Assembly: GCA_902543665.1 (NCBI GenBank)
Contig: CACBZI010000001.1
Location: 603 to 64,602 of the forward strand
Origin: an uncultured Pelagibacteraceae bacterium
GTDB lineage: Bacteria > Pseudomonadota > Alphaproteobacteria > Pelagibacterales > Pelagibacteraceae
Direction of reading: 5' to 3'
DNA length: 64,000 nucleotides
The notes below the pieces were generated by a model. The model searched no databases. It saw only the letters and a program-made list of their open reading frames with translations, and was not told where the DNA came from. The stretch's first letter is position 1, and the number at the start of each line of letters is the position of its first letter. Position numbers and translations under genes: made by a program. Below are positions 1 through 9,117 of this stretch, piece after piece.

Positions 1-1638
1 TCCAGCAGATCCACCATAAAAACAAATTCCACCTTTGTATGTATATCTTTGTTCTATAAGATGTTTGGCGCAAGCTATATAATCTAAAAAAGTATTTTTC
101 TTAAATTTTTTTTTGCCTTTTTCATGATGTATATCGCCTAAATCTCCTCCACCTCTTACATGAGCTATCGCGAAAGTGATTCCTCTATCAATTAAACAAA
201 ATCTTGAAGCACTAAAAGATGGAGATATACTATGTTTGTACGCCCCGTAGGCATATAAAAGAATTTTTGATTTTCCATCTTGTTTTGCTGTTTTCAATCT
301 AACCAAACTAATAGGTATCATTTGACCGTCATGAGACTCAGCCTTTATTCTTTCAATAACATAATTACTGGAGTCATGCCCAGATGGGACTTCTGTTTGT
401 TTTATTAATTTTTTTTGCTTTGAGACGATGTCATACTCATATACTTGTCCTGGAGTTGCCATACTTTCCCAACCAACTCTTATCTTTGTAGTATTTGTAT
501 CTCTTTGCATTAAAGAAACACTAGGAACACCTATTGGTTCATCTGAAATTTTAATTTCTTCTTCTTTGTTAGTTTTTATATTTCTTACAAACAGTTTTGG
601 GATAGCATCAGACTTTTCTGATCTAAGGATATAATTGTCTAAAAATTCAAATCCACCAATAACAGTCTCTTTTTTTGCTGGGATAAAAACTTCTAATTTA
701 TCTATCTGACTAGTCTTACATCTGAGTACCTTATAATCTCTAGCCTCCTCATTAGTGTGAACATAAAAATAACCTTGCCAAGAGTCTATTGAATAACGAA
801 CATCATTTTTTCTTTTTTGAAAAAGTGTGGGTTTAATTTCTTTAGCATCAGTAGAAAAAAAATATTCTTCTGTTGTGATGTGATCAGAAGTCCCAATAAT
901 GAAATATTTTTCATCAGAGGTAATACCAATACCACAAGTAAAAGTTTCATCTTTTTCCTCAAATACTAGTTGATCTTGATCGGTCGATGTTCCAAGAACA
1001 TGTTTAAAAATTTGTCTTGGTCTATGATATTGATCTAATTTTGAATAGAAAAAGCTTTTATTATCTAAAGCCCATGTGACGCTTCCACTTGTATTTTCAA
1101 TTACATCTTTTTCATTTTTTCCTGTTCTAAGATCTCTCAAATAAATTGTATAATATTCTGATCCTTTTAAATCTAGAGAATAAGCAATAAAATTATCACA
1201 ATAAGAAGTGCTTACAGTGCCAACTCCAAAATACTCTGAACCAGACTTCTTCTTTTCCAAATCACCGTCAAAATAAATTTCCTCAGATTTAGAGCCATCA
1301 ATCAGTTGTCTCATTCTTTTGCCGTAATTACCCTTAGCTTCTGTTTTTGACCAATAATAATATCTTTTATCTTTATATTTTAATCCAGTGTCATCTAATT
1401 TAATTTTTCCTTTGATTTCGTTAAATAAATTTTTCTGTAATTCTTTAACGTCTGTGAAGTAGTCTTCAGTTATTTTGTTGTTAGCTTCTATGTAATCCTT
1501 GACCTCAGTATTTAACTTTTTTGGATCCTTTAAAACTTCAAGGATATTTGGCTGATCAACCCATGAATAATCATCTTCTAGTGGAATTCCGTGATAATTT
1601 TTCGTAGTCTTTATTTTTTTAAGTTTTGGTATATTCAT
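1..1638 (-). CDS. ptrB: Oligopeptidase B (protease II, S9A family), C-terminus runs off the window
   Basis: Not in the ORF track; hand translation from ATG at 1638 gives MNIPKLKKIKTTKNYHGIPLEDDYSWVDQP..., later LYAYGAY and HVRGGGDLG, and the window edge reads YGGSAG (nucleophile GxSxG). Confidence 0.92.
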   Translation of the reverse strand, partial: MNIPKLKKIKTTKNYHGIPLEDDYSWVDQPNILEVLKDPKKLNTEVKDYIEANNKITEDYFTDVKELQKNLFNEIKGKIKLDDTGLKYKDKRYYYWSKTEAKGNYGKRMRQLIDGSKSEEIYFDGDLEKKKSGSEYFGVGTVSTSYCDNFIAYSLDLKGSEYYTIYLRDLRTGKNEKDVIENTSGSVTWALDNKSFFYSKLDQYHRPRQIFKHVLGTSTDQDQLVFEEKDETFTCGIGITSDEKYFIIGTSDHITTEEYFFSTDAKEIKPTLFQKRKNDVRYSIDSWQGYFYVHTNEEARDYKVLRCKTSQIDKLEVFIPAKKETVIGGFEFLDNYILRSEKSDAIPKLFVRNIKTNKEEEIKISDEPIGVPSVSLMQRDTNTTKIRVGWESMATPGQVYEYDIVSKQKKLIKQTEVPSGHDSSNYVIERIKAESHDGQMIPISLVRLKTAKQDGKSKILLYAYGAYKHSISPSFSASRFCLIDRGITFAIAHVRGGGDLGDIHHEKGKKKFKKNTFLDYIACAKHLIEQRYTYKGGICFYGGSAG

Positions 1639-1651
1639 ACTGAGAAATTAT

Positions 1652-2164
1652 ATGAATTTGTTTTTGTTGGGAATTATCATTTTCGTCGTAATCTACCTTT
1701 TTCTAAATTGGTTCGCTAGGGCTAGTTCAAAAAAGATAGCTACAACTATTAAAAAAATTGCAATTTATATATCATTGATTCTAGCTGTGCTATTTACAAT
1801 TGGCGGTAAATTCATCTTCAGTCTTCCGATGTGGTTGATTCTGCTCTCAGGGCTTAAGATTAAAGGATTTACTGCTCTACAAATGTATCAATTATGGAGA
1901 TTAATCCAATTCATGAAAAATAACGCAGGAAGATTTTCTCAAGGTCAGTTTGGCCAAACTCCAGGATCATCAAGTCTTACATCAGAAGAGGCTTATAAAT
2001 TGCTAGGACTAAAAAAGGGCGTGAGTAAAGAAGAAGTTTTAAAAGCAGCTAATCAATTACAAAAAAAAATTCATCCTGATATGAACCGCAACGTAGATAG
2101 TTCTAGATTGAGTCAATTAGTTAATGAAGCAAAAGAAAAAATATTAAAAACTGATTTTAGTTAA
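1652..2164 (+). CDS. Membrane protein with C-terminal DnaJ (J) domain
   Basis: Hydrophobic N-terminal helices; C-terminal EEAYKLLGL...KKIHPD...VNEAKEKIL J-domain with HPD motif. Confidence 0.85.
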   Translation: MNLFLLGIIIFVVIYLFLNWFARASSKKIATTIKKIAIYISLILAVLFTIGGKFIFSLPMWLILLSGLKIKGFTALQMYQLWRLIQFMKNNAGRFSQGQFGQTPGSSSLTSEEAYKLLGLKKGVSKEEVLKAANQLQKKIHPDMNRNVDSSRLSQLVNEAKEKILKTDFS

Positions 2165-3119
2165 ATAAAAGCTCAATACATTTATTATAAACTTTATCAA
2201 AAGAGATCTTGTCTGCACCCAAAGTATCATGGGTTGTTGTTTCTTCGGTCTCACCTTCTGGAACAATTACATTAATATTTTTTGAGTACTTTCCATAAGC
2301 TAAAACTGGACTATCCGTAAACAAAGCTACAGTTTTCAAATTAAGAGCCGCACTGATATGCATAAAACCTGTATCATTTCCACAGTATAAATTACAATTC
2401 GCTATAATGGGAAGCATTTCATTTATCTTTAAATTATTTAAAGAAATACAATTAGATCCTATATTTGAATTCAATATTTCATTTATCAAGGACTGATCAT
2501 TTTTTCCAGCTGCTAAATAAAATTTCGAAGGAAATTTTTGATTTATTTTTTCACTTAATTTAATAAAATTTTTTATGCCCCAACGTTTAGTCGGTCCAGA
2601 GGCACTAATCCCTAATACAATATATTTGTTTTGCTGTATCATATTTTTCTTTGCTTCAATTATTTTATCACTATTTAAAAAGAGCTTTGGTTGTGTTGAT
2701 ACAATTTTCCCAAGCTCATTCTCGGTAAAAATTTTTGCTGTATTTACTACATGCTGCCCCTTTTTTTTAAATAGAGGATATTGAGCAATTTTTTTGATAC
2801 CTGCAAATTTACAAACTAAAAAATATCTTACTGAACTATTAAATATGAATACTTTATCAAATTTTTTTTCTTTAATATCTTCTATCAACTTTATAAATCC
2901 ATTTAAACCATCGTGGCTACCAGTATTATCCTCCAAGCGATCTAATGTTATCACTTCTTTGATATGAGGATCGTCTTGAAAAAGATCTTTTGCCCTAGTA
3001 TTTTTTTTGGCTAATATAGAAACTGGTTTTTCATATTTTTTCGAGATTTCATGTATATAATTCAGGTGAATTATACAGTCTCCTAGCCCAACTTTATTTA
3101 TTAGAATCAAAACTTTCAT
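2157..3119 (-). CDS. Glycosyltransferase family 9 (ADP-heptose:LPS heptosyltransferase-like)
   Basis: N-terminal GLGDCI, KRW and GNDTGFMHISAAL motifs typical of GT9. Confidence 0.85.
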   Translation of the reverse strand: MKVLILINKVGLGDCIIHLNYIHEISKKYEKPVSILAKKNTRAKDLFQDDPHIKEVITLDRLEDNTGSHDGLNGFIKLIEDIKEKKFDKVFIFNSSVRYFLVCKFAGIKKIAQYPLFKKKGQHVVNTAKIFTENELGKIVSTQPKLFLNSDKIIEAKKNMIQQNKYIVLGISASGPTKRWGIKNFIKLSEKINQKFPSKFYLAAGKNDQSLINEILNSNIGSNCISLNNLKINEMLPIIANCNLYCGNDTGFMHISAALNLKTVALFTDSPVLAYGKYSKNINVIVPEGETEETTTHDTLGADKISFDKVYNKCIELLFN

Positions 3120-3166
3120 TTTTGAGACTTATATTATAATTTATTTCAATAAATTGGGACAATAAG

Positions 3167-4051
3167 ATGTTGAAACGAGGCGTATACGCAGCAAGTTTAA
3201 GTGTTTTAAATAAAGACTTAACGTTAAATGTTGAGGCTACTATTTCTCATGCTGAGAACCTAATCAAAAACGGATTACATGGATGTTTCTTTTTTGGAAG
3301 CACTGGAATGTCCCAGTTAATTTCTAAAAATGAGAAAATGGAACTAATTTCAAAAATTTCCACTCACAAACTAAGAAAACAGTTTTTTTTAGGTACAGGC
3401 TGTAACAGTCTTAATGAAAATATTGAATTAGTGAAATATGCAAGTGAGTTTAATTTTAATACAATTTTGTTGATGCCAAGTGCATACTATGTTGGAAATT
3501 CCGATGAAGGAGTATTTGAATTTTACAAAAAAATAATTTCAGAATGCCCGAAAATTAAAATTGTAATTTATAATTTTCAAAAATTATCTGGCTATTTATT
3601 CTCAATAGACGCAATTACAAAATTAGTTGAGTCATTTCCTAAAAATATAATTGGGGTGAAAGACTCATCTTATAATTTGTACGAAAAATTAAAAATTAAA
3701 AATTTTTTAGTCTTTCCAGGAAGTGAGTCAAAATTACTTAAAGGATTAGAAAAAGGATCTAGCGGAATCATAAGTGCAGTAACTAACACAACACATTCAT
3801 TGGCTAGAGAAGTATTTGATGATTTTGAAAATAAGGTGCCACAAACAAAAAATGACCAATTAATAAGCGTTCGCGAAACCTTCGATGGCTTTAATTTAAT
3901 ATCAGCTTTGCATAGTTTTCATTCGATAAAAGACGAGAATTATAAGAATATATTGCCTCCACTTACTTTATTAAGTGAGCAAAAAAAGAAAGAGCTAATT
4001 GAAAAATTAAAAAAACTTAAATTTATAAGTGATGAAAATCTGGCGGCATAA
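3167..4051 (+). CDS. Dihydrodipicolinate synthase / N-acetylneuraminate lyase family aldolase, substrate uncertain
   Basis: GSTG, IYNF and Schiff-base GVKDSS motifs; deviates from canonical DapA GTTGES. Confidence 0.8.
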   Translation: MLKRGVYAASLSVLNKDLTLNVEATISHAENLIKNGLHGCFFFGSTGMSQLISKNEKMELISKISTHKLRKQFFLGTGCNSLNENIELVKYASEFNFNTILLMPSAYYVGNSDEGVFEFYKKIISECPKIKIVIYNFQKLSGYLFSIDAITKLVESFPKNIIGVKDSSYNLYEKLKIKNFLVFPGSESKLLKGLEKGSSGIISAVTNTTHSLAREVFDDFENKVPQTKNDQLISVRETFDGFNLISALHSFHSIKDENYKNILPPLTLLSEQKKKELIEKLKKLKFISDENLAA

Positions 4052-4054
4052 TTT

Positions 4055-5260
4055 ATGATCTTAGCAAAATTATTTACAAAAATTTTTAAGGAAGGTGGAA
4101 TAATACTCATTGATTATGAAAATCAAAAATATATTTGTGGCACACCCAGACAAATTAATCCAATAACTCTAAAACTTTTAAAAAAAGATTTAAATTGGAA
4201 AATTCTACTTAATCCGGAGCTTGAGTTTCCCGAAGGTTTTATGAGGGGAGATATAATTATAGAAAATGCAACATTAAAAGAATTTTTAATGGAAGTTTTA
4301 AAAAATTTAGGAAGAAATGAAATTAGTACGGCTAGTATTTTTTTTAAAAAAATTTATCAAGCGTGGAGATTTATCACAAATTTCAACTTTCCAGGTAAAT
4401 CAAAAAAAAATGTTGAGGCTCATTACGATATTGGTGGAAGAAAAGGAGAAATTCTTTATGACTTGATGCTTGACAAGAATCATCGTCAATATAGTTGTGG
4501 ATACTGGAAAGAAGAAACTAAAACTTTAGAAGAGGCACAAGAAAATAAAATCCAACATATAATAAAAAAACTTGATATTAAAAAAAACCAAAAAGTTTTA
4601 GATATTGGCTGTGGGTGGGGCGGTCTTTGTTTTGAAATAGCAAAACAGTATGACTGTGAAGTAACTGGAATTTCATTAAGCACCAATCAAATAAATTATT
4701 GTAAAGAGAAGGCCAAGAAGTTGGGATTAGAAAATCAAGTTAAATTTGAATTAATAGATTATAGATTAGTAAATGGAAACTACGATCGTATTGTGTCAGT
4801 AGGTTTTGGGGAACATTTAGGAGTAAAGTTCTACAACACTTTTTTTAAGAAAATTAACAGTATTTTAAATAAAAATGGAAATTTCCTATTTCATTTAATT
4901 GGTGTAGTGGACAAACCTTCTGCTCCAAATCAATTCATAAATAAATATATTTTTCCAGGGGGTGTATGCCCTTCACTAAGTCAGCTTATAAAACCTATAG
5001 AGAAAACTGGTCTAATTGTTGCTGATACAGAAACTTTAATAAGACACTACGATAAAACACTTGAGTCTTGGCTAGAAAGATTTTTGGCAAAAAGGAATGA
5101 GATAAAAGATTTGTTTGATGAAAAATTTTGTAAAATGTGGGAATTTTATTTAGCAAGCTGTGCGGCAGCTTTTAGATACCGTGATCTTGTTGTTTTTCAA
5201 TTACAAATTGTCAAGAACTTTCATTCTGCTCATAGAACAAGAGACTATATATATTCATAA
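4055..5260 (+). CDS. cfa: Cyclopropane-fatty-acyl-phospholipid synthase family methyltransferase
   Basis: HYDIG, YSCGYW, VLDIGCGWGG, FINKYIFPGG, MWEFYLASC. Confidence 0.9.
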   Translation: MILAKLFTKIFKEGGIILIDYENQKYICGTPRQINPITLKLLKKDLNWKILLNPELEFPEGFMRGDIIIENATLKEFLMEVLKNLGRNEISTASIFFKKIYQAWRFITNFNFPGKSKKNVEAHYDIGGRKGEILYDLMLDKNHRQYSCGYWKEETKTLEEAQENKIQHIIKKLDIKKNQKVLDIGCGWGGLCFEIAKQYDCEVTGISLSTNQINYCKEKAKKLGLENQVKFELIDYRLVNGNYDRIVSVGFGEHLGVKFYNTFFKKINSILNKNGNFLFHLIGVVDKPSAPNQFINKYIFPGGVCPSLSQLIKPIEKTGLIVADTETLIRHYDKTLESWLERFLAKRNEIKDLFDEKFCKMWEFYLASCAAAFRYRDLVVFQLQIVKNFHSAHRTRDYIYS

Positions 5261-5286
5261 AAACTGTTATTAAATTAGATAACAGT

Positions 5287-6498
5287 ATGAAAAGAAAAAA
5301 AAAGAAACTTAAAAAAAATAAGCCAATAAAATCAAAAAAATTAAGATCAAAAAAAAGTTCTAAAAGACAAAAAAAAATTATCAAAAAAAAGTCAAAAACA
5401 AAAATAATAATTAAAAAAAAAAGAAAAAAAACTAGGTCACAAAAAAAAAAAATTATTCTATCTAAATTAAAAAACAAAAAAACTCAAAAAACAAGAGCTG
5501 TCGTATCAGGAATTTTAAGTTTAAGTGATAAATTGAGATCAATGCTTAGATTTAATTTTAATTTAGATAAATCTCTACAAAAATTTTTTCAAGGTATTTC
5601 TAATCGAGTTTTATATATAAAAAAAGTCATTCAAGAGGAAAGAGAAAAACAAAAAAAAATTAAAATTCAAGCGATGCATAGAGAGAAAATAGAAGCGCAA
5701 AAACGTTTTAAACAACATGAAGAGTTCGCAATAAAAACTAAAGCACTTGAACTTAGAGAAGAGGAAAAACTAGGCCGTGAGAGAAAGATTGAATTACAGA
5801 AATTTATAAGATTTGAGCAAGCTGAACTTAGAAAAGAGCGAGCAGAGAAACAGAGAAAATTTTTAGAACAAATTGCTTTAGAAAAAAAGATAGAGCAATT
5901 TAGAAAAAGAGAGGCTTTAGAAATAAAAAATTTAGAGAAATATGTGCTAAGCCAACAAAGAGAGTCCTACGAAGAAGTTCAACAGCGCATAGAGAGAATT
6001 AAAGAAAAATATAGATCTTTAAGAGAACAAAAAGTTAATGAAGCAATTAGAGAAAGAGTTGCTCAACTAGGAATTAAAATTGAAGATACGGATACCAAGG
6101 AAACTTTATTAGAAAAAGAGAGAATTTATAATCAGGAACGAGAAAAAATTGAGTATGCTTTAGAAAGTTTTTACAGATCTGCTCATAGTTTATGCTTTCA
6201 AATAAACAAAAGATATATTCCAAAATATTTGAGTATTATGAGGGTAGTTGATCGGAGATTTGAGACTGGTGAAATATTTATAAAATGGGATGATACCGCA
6301 GAGGATGATTGGTTAATTTTAATTTATATCAAAGATAATTCACCTGATGAAGGAATTATAATTGAAGATAAATCAAATCCAGAAAAACATAACTCTTATG
6401 AATTTAAATCAACAGACATATTTAGAGCCTCAGATCTTATGGTGGACTCGCTAACTAAATTGCTTGATAGAGAAAGAAATAAAAAAAAAGTTAGTTGA
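5287..6498 (+). CDS. Hypothetical protein: Lys-rich N-terminus, long coiled coil, globular C-terminal domain
   Basis: 403-aa ORF filling the gap between cfa and a convergent gene; composition visible in translation. Confidence 0.75.
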   Translation: MKRKKKKLKKNKPIKSKKLRSKKSSKRQKKIIKKKSKTKIIIKKKRKKTRSQKKKIILSKLKNKKTQKTRAVVSGILSLSDKLRSMLRFNFNLDKSLQKFFQGISNRVLYIKKVIQEEREKQKKIKIQAMHREKIEAQKRFKQHEEFAIKTKALELREEEKLGRERKIELQKFIRFEQAELRKERAEKQRKFLEQIALEKKIEQFRKREALEIKNLEKYVLSQQRESYEEVQQRIERIKEKYRSLREQKVNEAIRERVAQLGIKIEDTDTKETLLEKERIYNQEREKIEYALESFYRSAHSLCFQINKRYIPKYLSIMRVVDRRFETGEIFIKWDDTAEDDWLILIYIKDNSPDEGIIIEDKSNPEKHNSYEFKSTDIFRASDLMVDSLTKLLDRERNKKKVS

Positions 6499-7573
6499 TA
6501 AGATCTTTTAATTTTTTAATCTCACCAATTTTGAATATAATTGCTTCGTCTTTTTCATAGCCGAACTTTTCAGCATTTTCTTTAAATCTTACAGGAGGTT
6601 CCCAGATCGGCTCTAAACTTAATATTGCTGTTCCCCAATGCATTCCTATAACTTTTTTTACCTCTAAGTCTTTCATTAAAGACAAAAGCTCTTCAGGATT
6701 TGCGTGAGCTGTAGACTTATCCTTGACTGGAACCAGTGGATAGAAATTATAAGCGCCCAAATTTCCAAAACCCAAATCGATAGGACCAAATTTTTTTCCT
6801 AATTCTTTATAAAATGGTGCTGGCCCAGTATCACAAGCAAAAAAGATTTTTTTATCTTTGTATTCAATTAAAAAGCTCCCCCAAAGTGATCTATTTGTAT
6901 TTCCATCTCCCCAGATCCATCGTTTAGACCAATGTTGACTTGGAAGCATTGTTACTGTGATTTCATCATTAATTTTAATTTTATCGAACCAATCCATTTC
7001 TTTAACAGTATCTTTTTTATATCCATTTTTTGTGAAATATTTCCCAAGCTTAAGAGGCACAAGAACTTTAGTATTCTTATATGGAAAGTTTTTTATTGTA
7101 CGAATACTCATGTGATCATAGTGATTGTGTGTCAGTAAAAATAAATCTATTTTCGGAAGTTCTTTAAGAGTTAAAGGAGACTCTATATATTTCTTGGGCC
7201 CAAATACCATAGGCCCATAATTTTTTTCGAAAACTGGATCAGTAATAATTGTAGTGTTTCCAAGTTTAATTATAAAGCTCGCATGATCAAGCCACATTAC
7301 ATATGAGTCGGATTTATGTTTTTCTAAATTTTTTAAAACTATTTTTTTATCAATTACATGTTCAGGTGGATAATCAATCTTAAGTTTCTTTTTTTCCTCC
7401 CTAAAAACTTTCCAATTCCATTTAAAATTAGGATCCCTTTTAGGTCCTCCCTCAAGGTTTCTAAAAGCATATAATTTTCCGTCTTTATAAACATGATGAT
7501 AAGGTTTTTTTTCCATAGCATTTAAATTAATACTTAATGAGAATAATATACATAGAATAAGGGGTATTCGCAT
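6491..7573 (-). CDS. Exported metallo-beta-lactamase-fold hydrolase (NAPE-PLD/RomA-like)
   Basis: WLDHASF, TDPVF, THNHYDH, PSQHWSKR, FFACDTG, GMHWGT; signal-like MRIPLILCILFSLSINLNA from ATG 7573 (track start 7594). Confidence 0.85.
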   Translation of the reverse strand: MRIPLILCILFSLSINLNAMEKKPYHHVYKDGKLYAFRNLEGGPKRDPNFKWNWKVFREEKKKLKIDYPPEHVIDKKIVLKNLEKHKSDSYVMWLDHASFIIKLGNTTIITDPVFEKNYGPMVFGPKKYIESPLTLKELPKIDLFLLTHNHYDHMSIRTIKNFPYKNTKVLVPLKLGKYFTKNGYKKDTVKEMDWFDKIKINDEITVTMLPSQHWSKRWIWGDGNTNRSLWGSFLIEYKDKKIFFACDTGPAPFYKELGKKFGPIDLGFGNLGAYNFYPLVPVKDKSTAHANPEELLSLMKDLEVKKVIGMHWGTAILSLEPIWEPPVRFKENAEKFGYEKDEAIIFKIGEIKKLKDLIN

Positions 7574-7583
7574 ACCCCTTATT
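7556..7583 (-). terminator. Perfect 12-bp hairpin (terminator-like) downstream of the small lipoprotein gene
   Basis: AATAAGGGGTAT-tcgc-ATACCCCTTATT; GCGA loop on the minus strand. Confidence 0.55.
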
Positions 7584-7611
7584 AGCACAGACAATGAAAT
7601 TTAAAAGGAAA

Positions 7612-7815
7612 TTAAATATCTGAACAATTAGATTTATTTATTCTCTTATCAAATGATTTAAGTGCTTCTTTTGAAATGACCCAAACATACGAGCTTTCTT
7701 TTAAACCATTTTCATCGGCAGCTGTACATCTTTTGCCAAATTTTACTTTGGCCATGTTGCTTCCAGCACAATTAGTCAACATAAGCAACAACATAAAAGT
7801 AGATAATATTTTCAT
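7612..7815 (-). CDS. Small putative lipoprotein
   Basis: MKILSTFMLLLMLTNC lipobox-like signal; two further Cys. Confidence 0.7.
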   Translation of the reverse strand: MKILSTFMLLLMLTNCAGSNMAKVKFGKRCTAADENGLKESSYVWVISKEALKSFDKRINKSNCSDI

Positions 7816-7923
7816 GATTAAAATTTAAAGTTAGAGTCTGTGCTTTGCTTGGCATAATTTGGACCAAAAAAAGAAATTGAAACTTTATTGAATAAGATAA
7901 ACTTTAGCCTTATGATTGAAATT

Positions 7924-8316
7924 ATGTCTAAAAGCCACATTTATGAATTGAAAGTTTTTGTTGAAGACGTTGACTTTGGTCGAGTATTTTACTCTAGATA
8001 TCTTCAGTATATCGAGAGAGCTAGAACGGAGCTAATACACGAAAAATTTGGTCTTACTTTAACTCAACTTATGAACGAGCACGATGTAATGTTTGTCGTT
8101 AGGAAATGCAACATTAAATATTTAAAATCAGCAGTTTTTGAAGATAATTTAAGTGTTGAAACAGCTGTTTTAAAAAAAACCAACGTAAGACTAAGCTTGC
8201 TTCAAGAGGTTAAAAGGGGCGGAGAAGTTCTTGTAAGTGCAGAAGTGGAACTAGCTGTGGTAGATCGAAGTGGGTCAATAAAAAAACTTTCTAAAGATTT
8301 TTTTGCAAAAATTTAA
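7924..8316 (+). CDS. ybgC: YbgC/FadM-family acyl-CoA thioesterase
   Basis: EDVDFG..YLQYIERARTE and FVVRKCNIKYLKSAVFED hot-dog fold pattern; ATG 7924 more plausible than TTG 7888. Confidence 0.75.
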   Translation: MSKSHIYELKVFVEDVDFGRVFYSRYLQYIERARTELIHEKFGLTLTQLMNEHDVMFVVRKCNIKYLKSAVFEDNLSVETAVLKKTNVRLSLLQEVKRGGEVLVSAEVELAVVDRSGSIKKLSKDFFAKI

Positions 8317-8428
8317 ATTTGGCTAAGAAAAGCCCAATATCTGCCTAAATTAACGTTATAAATTATATTCAACTCAAGTTTGCAAATTCAGCAATACTCT
8401 TAGAGTTGGGAATAAATTAAAAGGAATC

Positions 8429-8551
8429 ATGAGAATAAAACAACTAAAAAAAAACAAGTTAAAGACTAACATTGTTAAGAAATTCAAAAAAATCTCTCTC
8501 TTCGAACTTCAAAATAGTCCAAAATTTCTAAATTTTAGAGTTCGAGCATAA
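8429..8551 (+). CDS. Small basic protein, 40 aa (below ORF-track cutoff)
   Basis: AAGGAATC-ATG; MRIKQLKKNKLKTNIVKKFKKISLFELQNSPKFLNFRVRA; followed by a terminator. Confidence 0.45.
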   Translation: MRIKQLKKNKLKTNIVKKFKKISLFELQNSPKFLNFRVRA

Positions 8552-8570
8552 TCTTTCCTCCTCAATAAAT

Positions 8571-8602
8571 CAGTGGCTTAATCTAATTAGGCCATTGTTT
8601 TT
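8571..8602 (+). terminator. Rho-independent terminator
   Basis: CAGTGGCTTAA-tctaa-TTAGGCCATTG followed by TTTTT. Confidence 0.7.
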
Positions 8603-8627
8603 ATACCAATAATTGTTAAATTAATCT

Positions 8628-9113
8628 GTGAAGCTTAATAAACTGAATAATAAAGTAGCAATTATTATGGGATCTCAATCTGATCATTCCGTAATGAAAG
8701 GATGCGAGAAGATTTTAAAGACTCTCAAAATTAAATATCAAATTTCAATAGTAAGTGCGCACAGAACACCAAAAAGAATGTTTGAATTTGCAGAGTCAGC
8801 CTCAAAAAATGGTTTTGGTGTTATTGTGGCTGGAGCAGGGGGCTCAGCACATCTGCCTGGCATGGTGGCATCTTTGTCTTCCTTACCGGTAATAGGAGTT
8901 CCGATAGAAACAAAAAAACTTAAGGGTTTAGATAGTTTGTTATCAATAGTACAAATGCCACGTGGCTGTCCCGTAGCTACAATGTCAATTAATGGATCTA
9001 TGAATGCAGGGTTACTTGCTGCCTCGATTATTGGAAATTTTGATGAAAAAATTAAATCAAATTTAGAAAAATGGAAACGTTTACAAACTAAATCTATTAA
9101 AAAAAAACCTTAA
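8628..9113 (+). CDS. purE: N5-carboxyaminoimidazole ribonucleotide mutase
   Basis: IIMGSQSD, VSAHRTP, AGAGGSAHLPGM, SLLSIVQMPRG. Confidence 0.96.
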   Translation: MKLNKLNNKVAIIMGSQSDHSVMKGCEKILKTLKIKYQISIVSAHRTPKRMFEFAESASKNGFGVIVAGAGGSAHLPGMVASLSSLPVIGVPIETKKLKGLDSLLSIVQMPRGCPVATMSINGSMNAGLLAASIIGNFDEKIKSNLEKWKRLQTKSIKKKP

Positions 9114-9117
9114 CAAA

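Noticed and set aside
3167-4051. Calling this gene dapA
   Set aside because: The family is clear but DapA-specific residues are not; left as an aldolase of unknown substrate.
5211-5477. Phe-rich 88-aa minus-strand ORF resembling a membrane protein
   Set aside because: Antisense shadow of the poly-Lys (AAA) codons; the same applies to 32811-33017.
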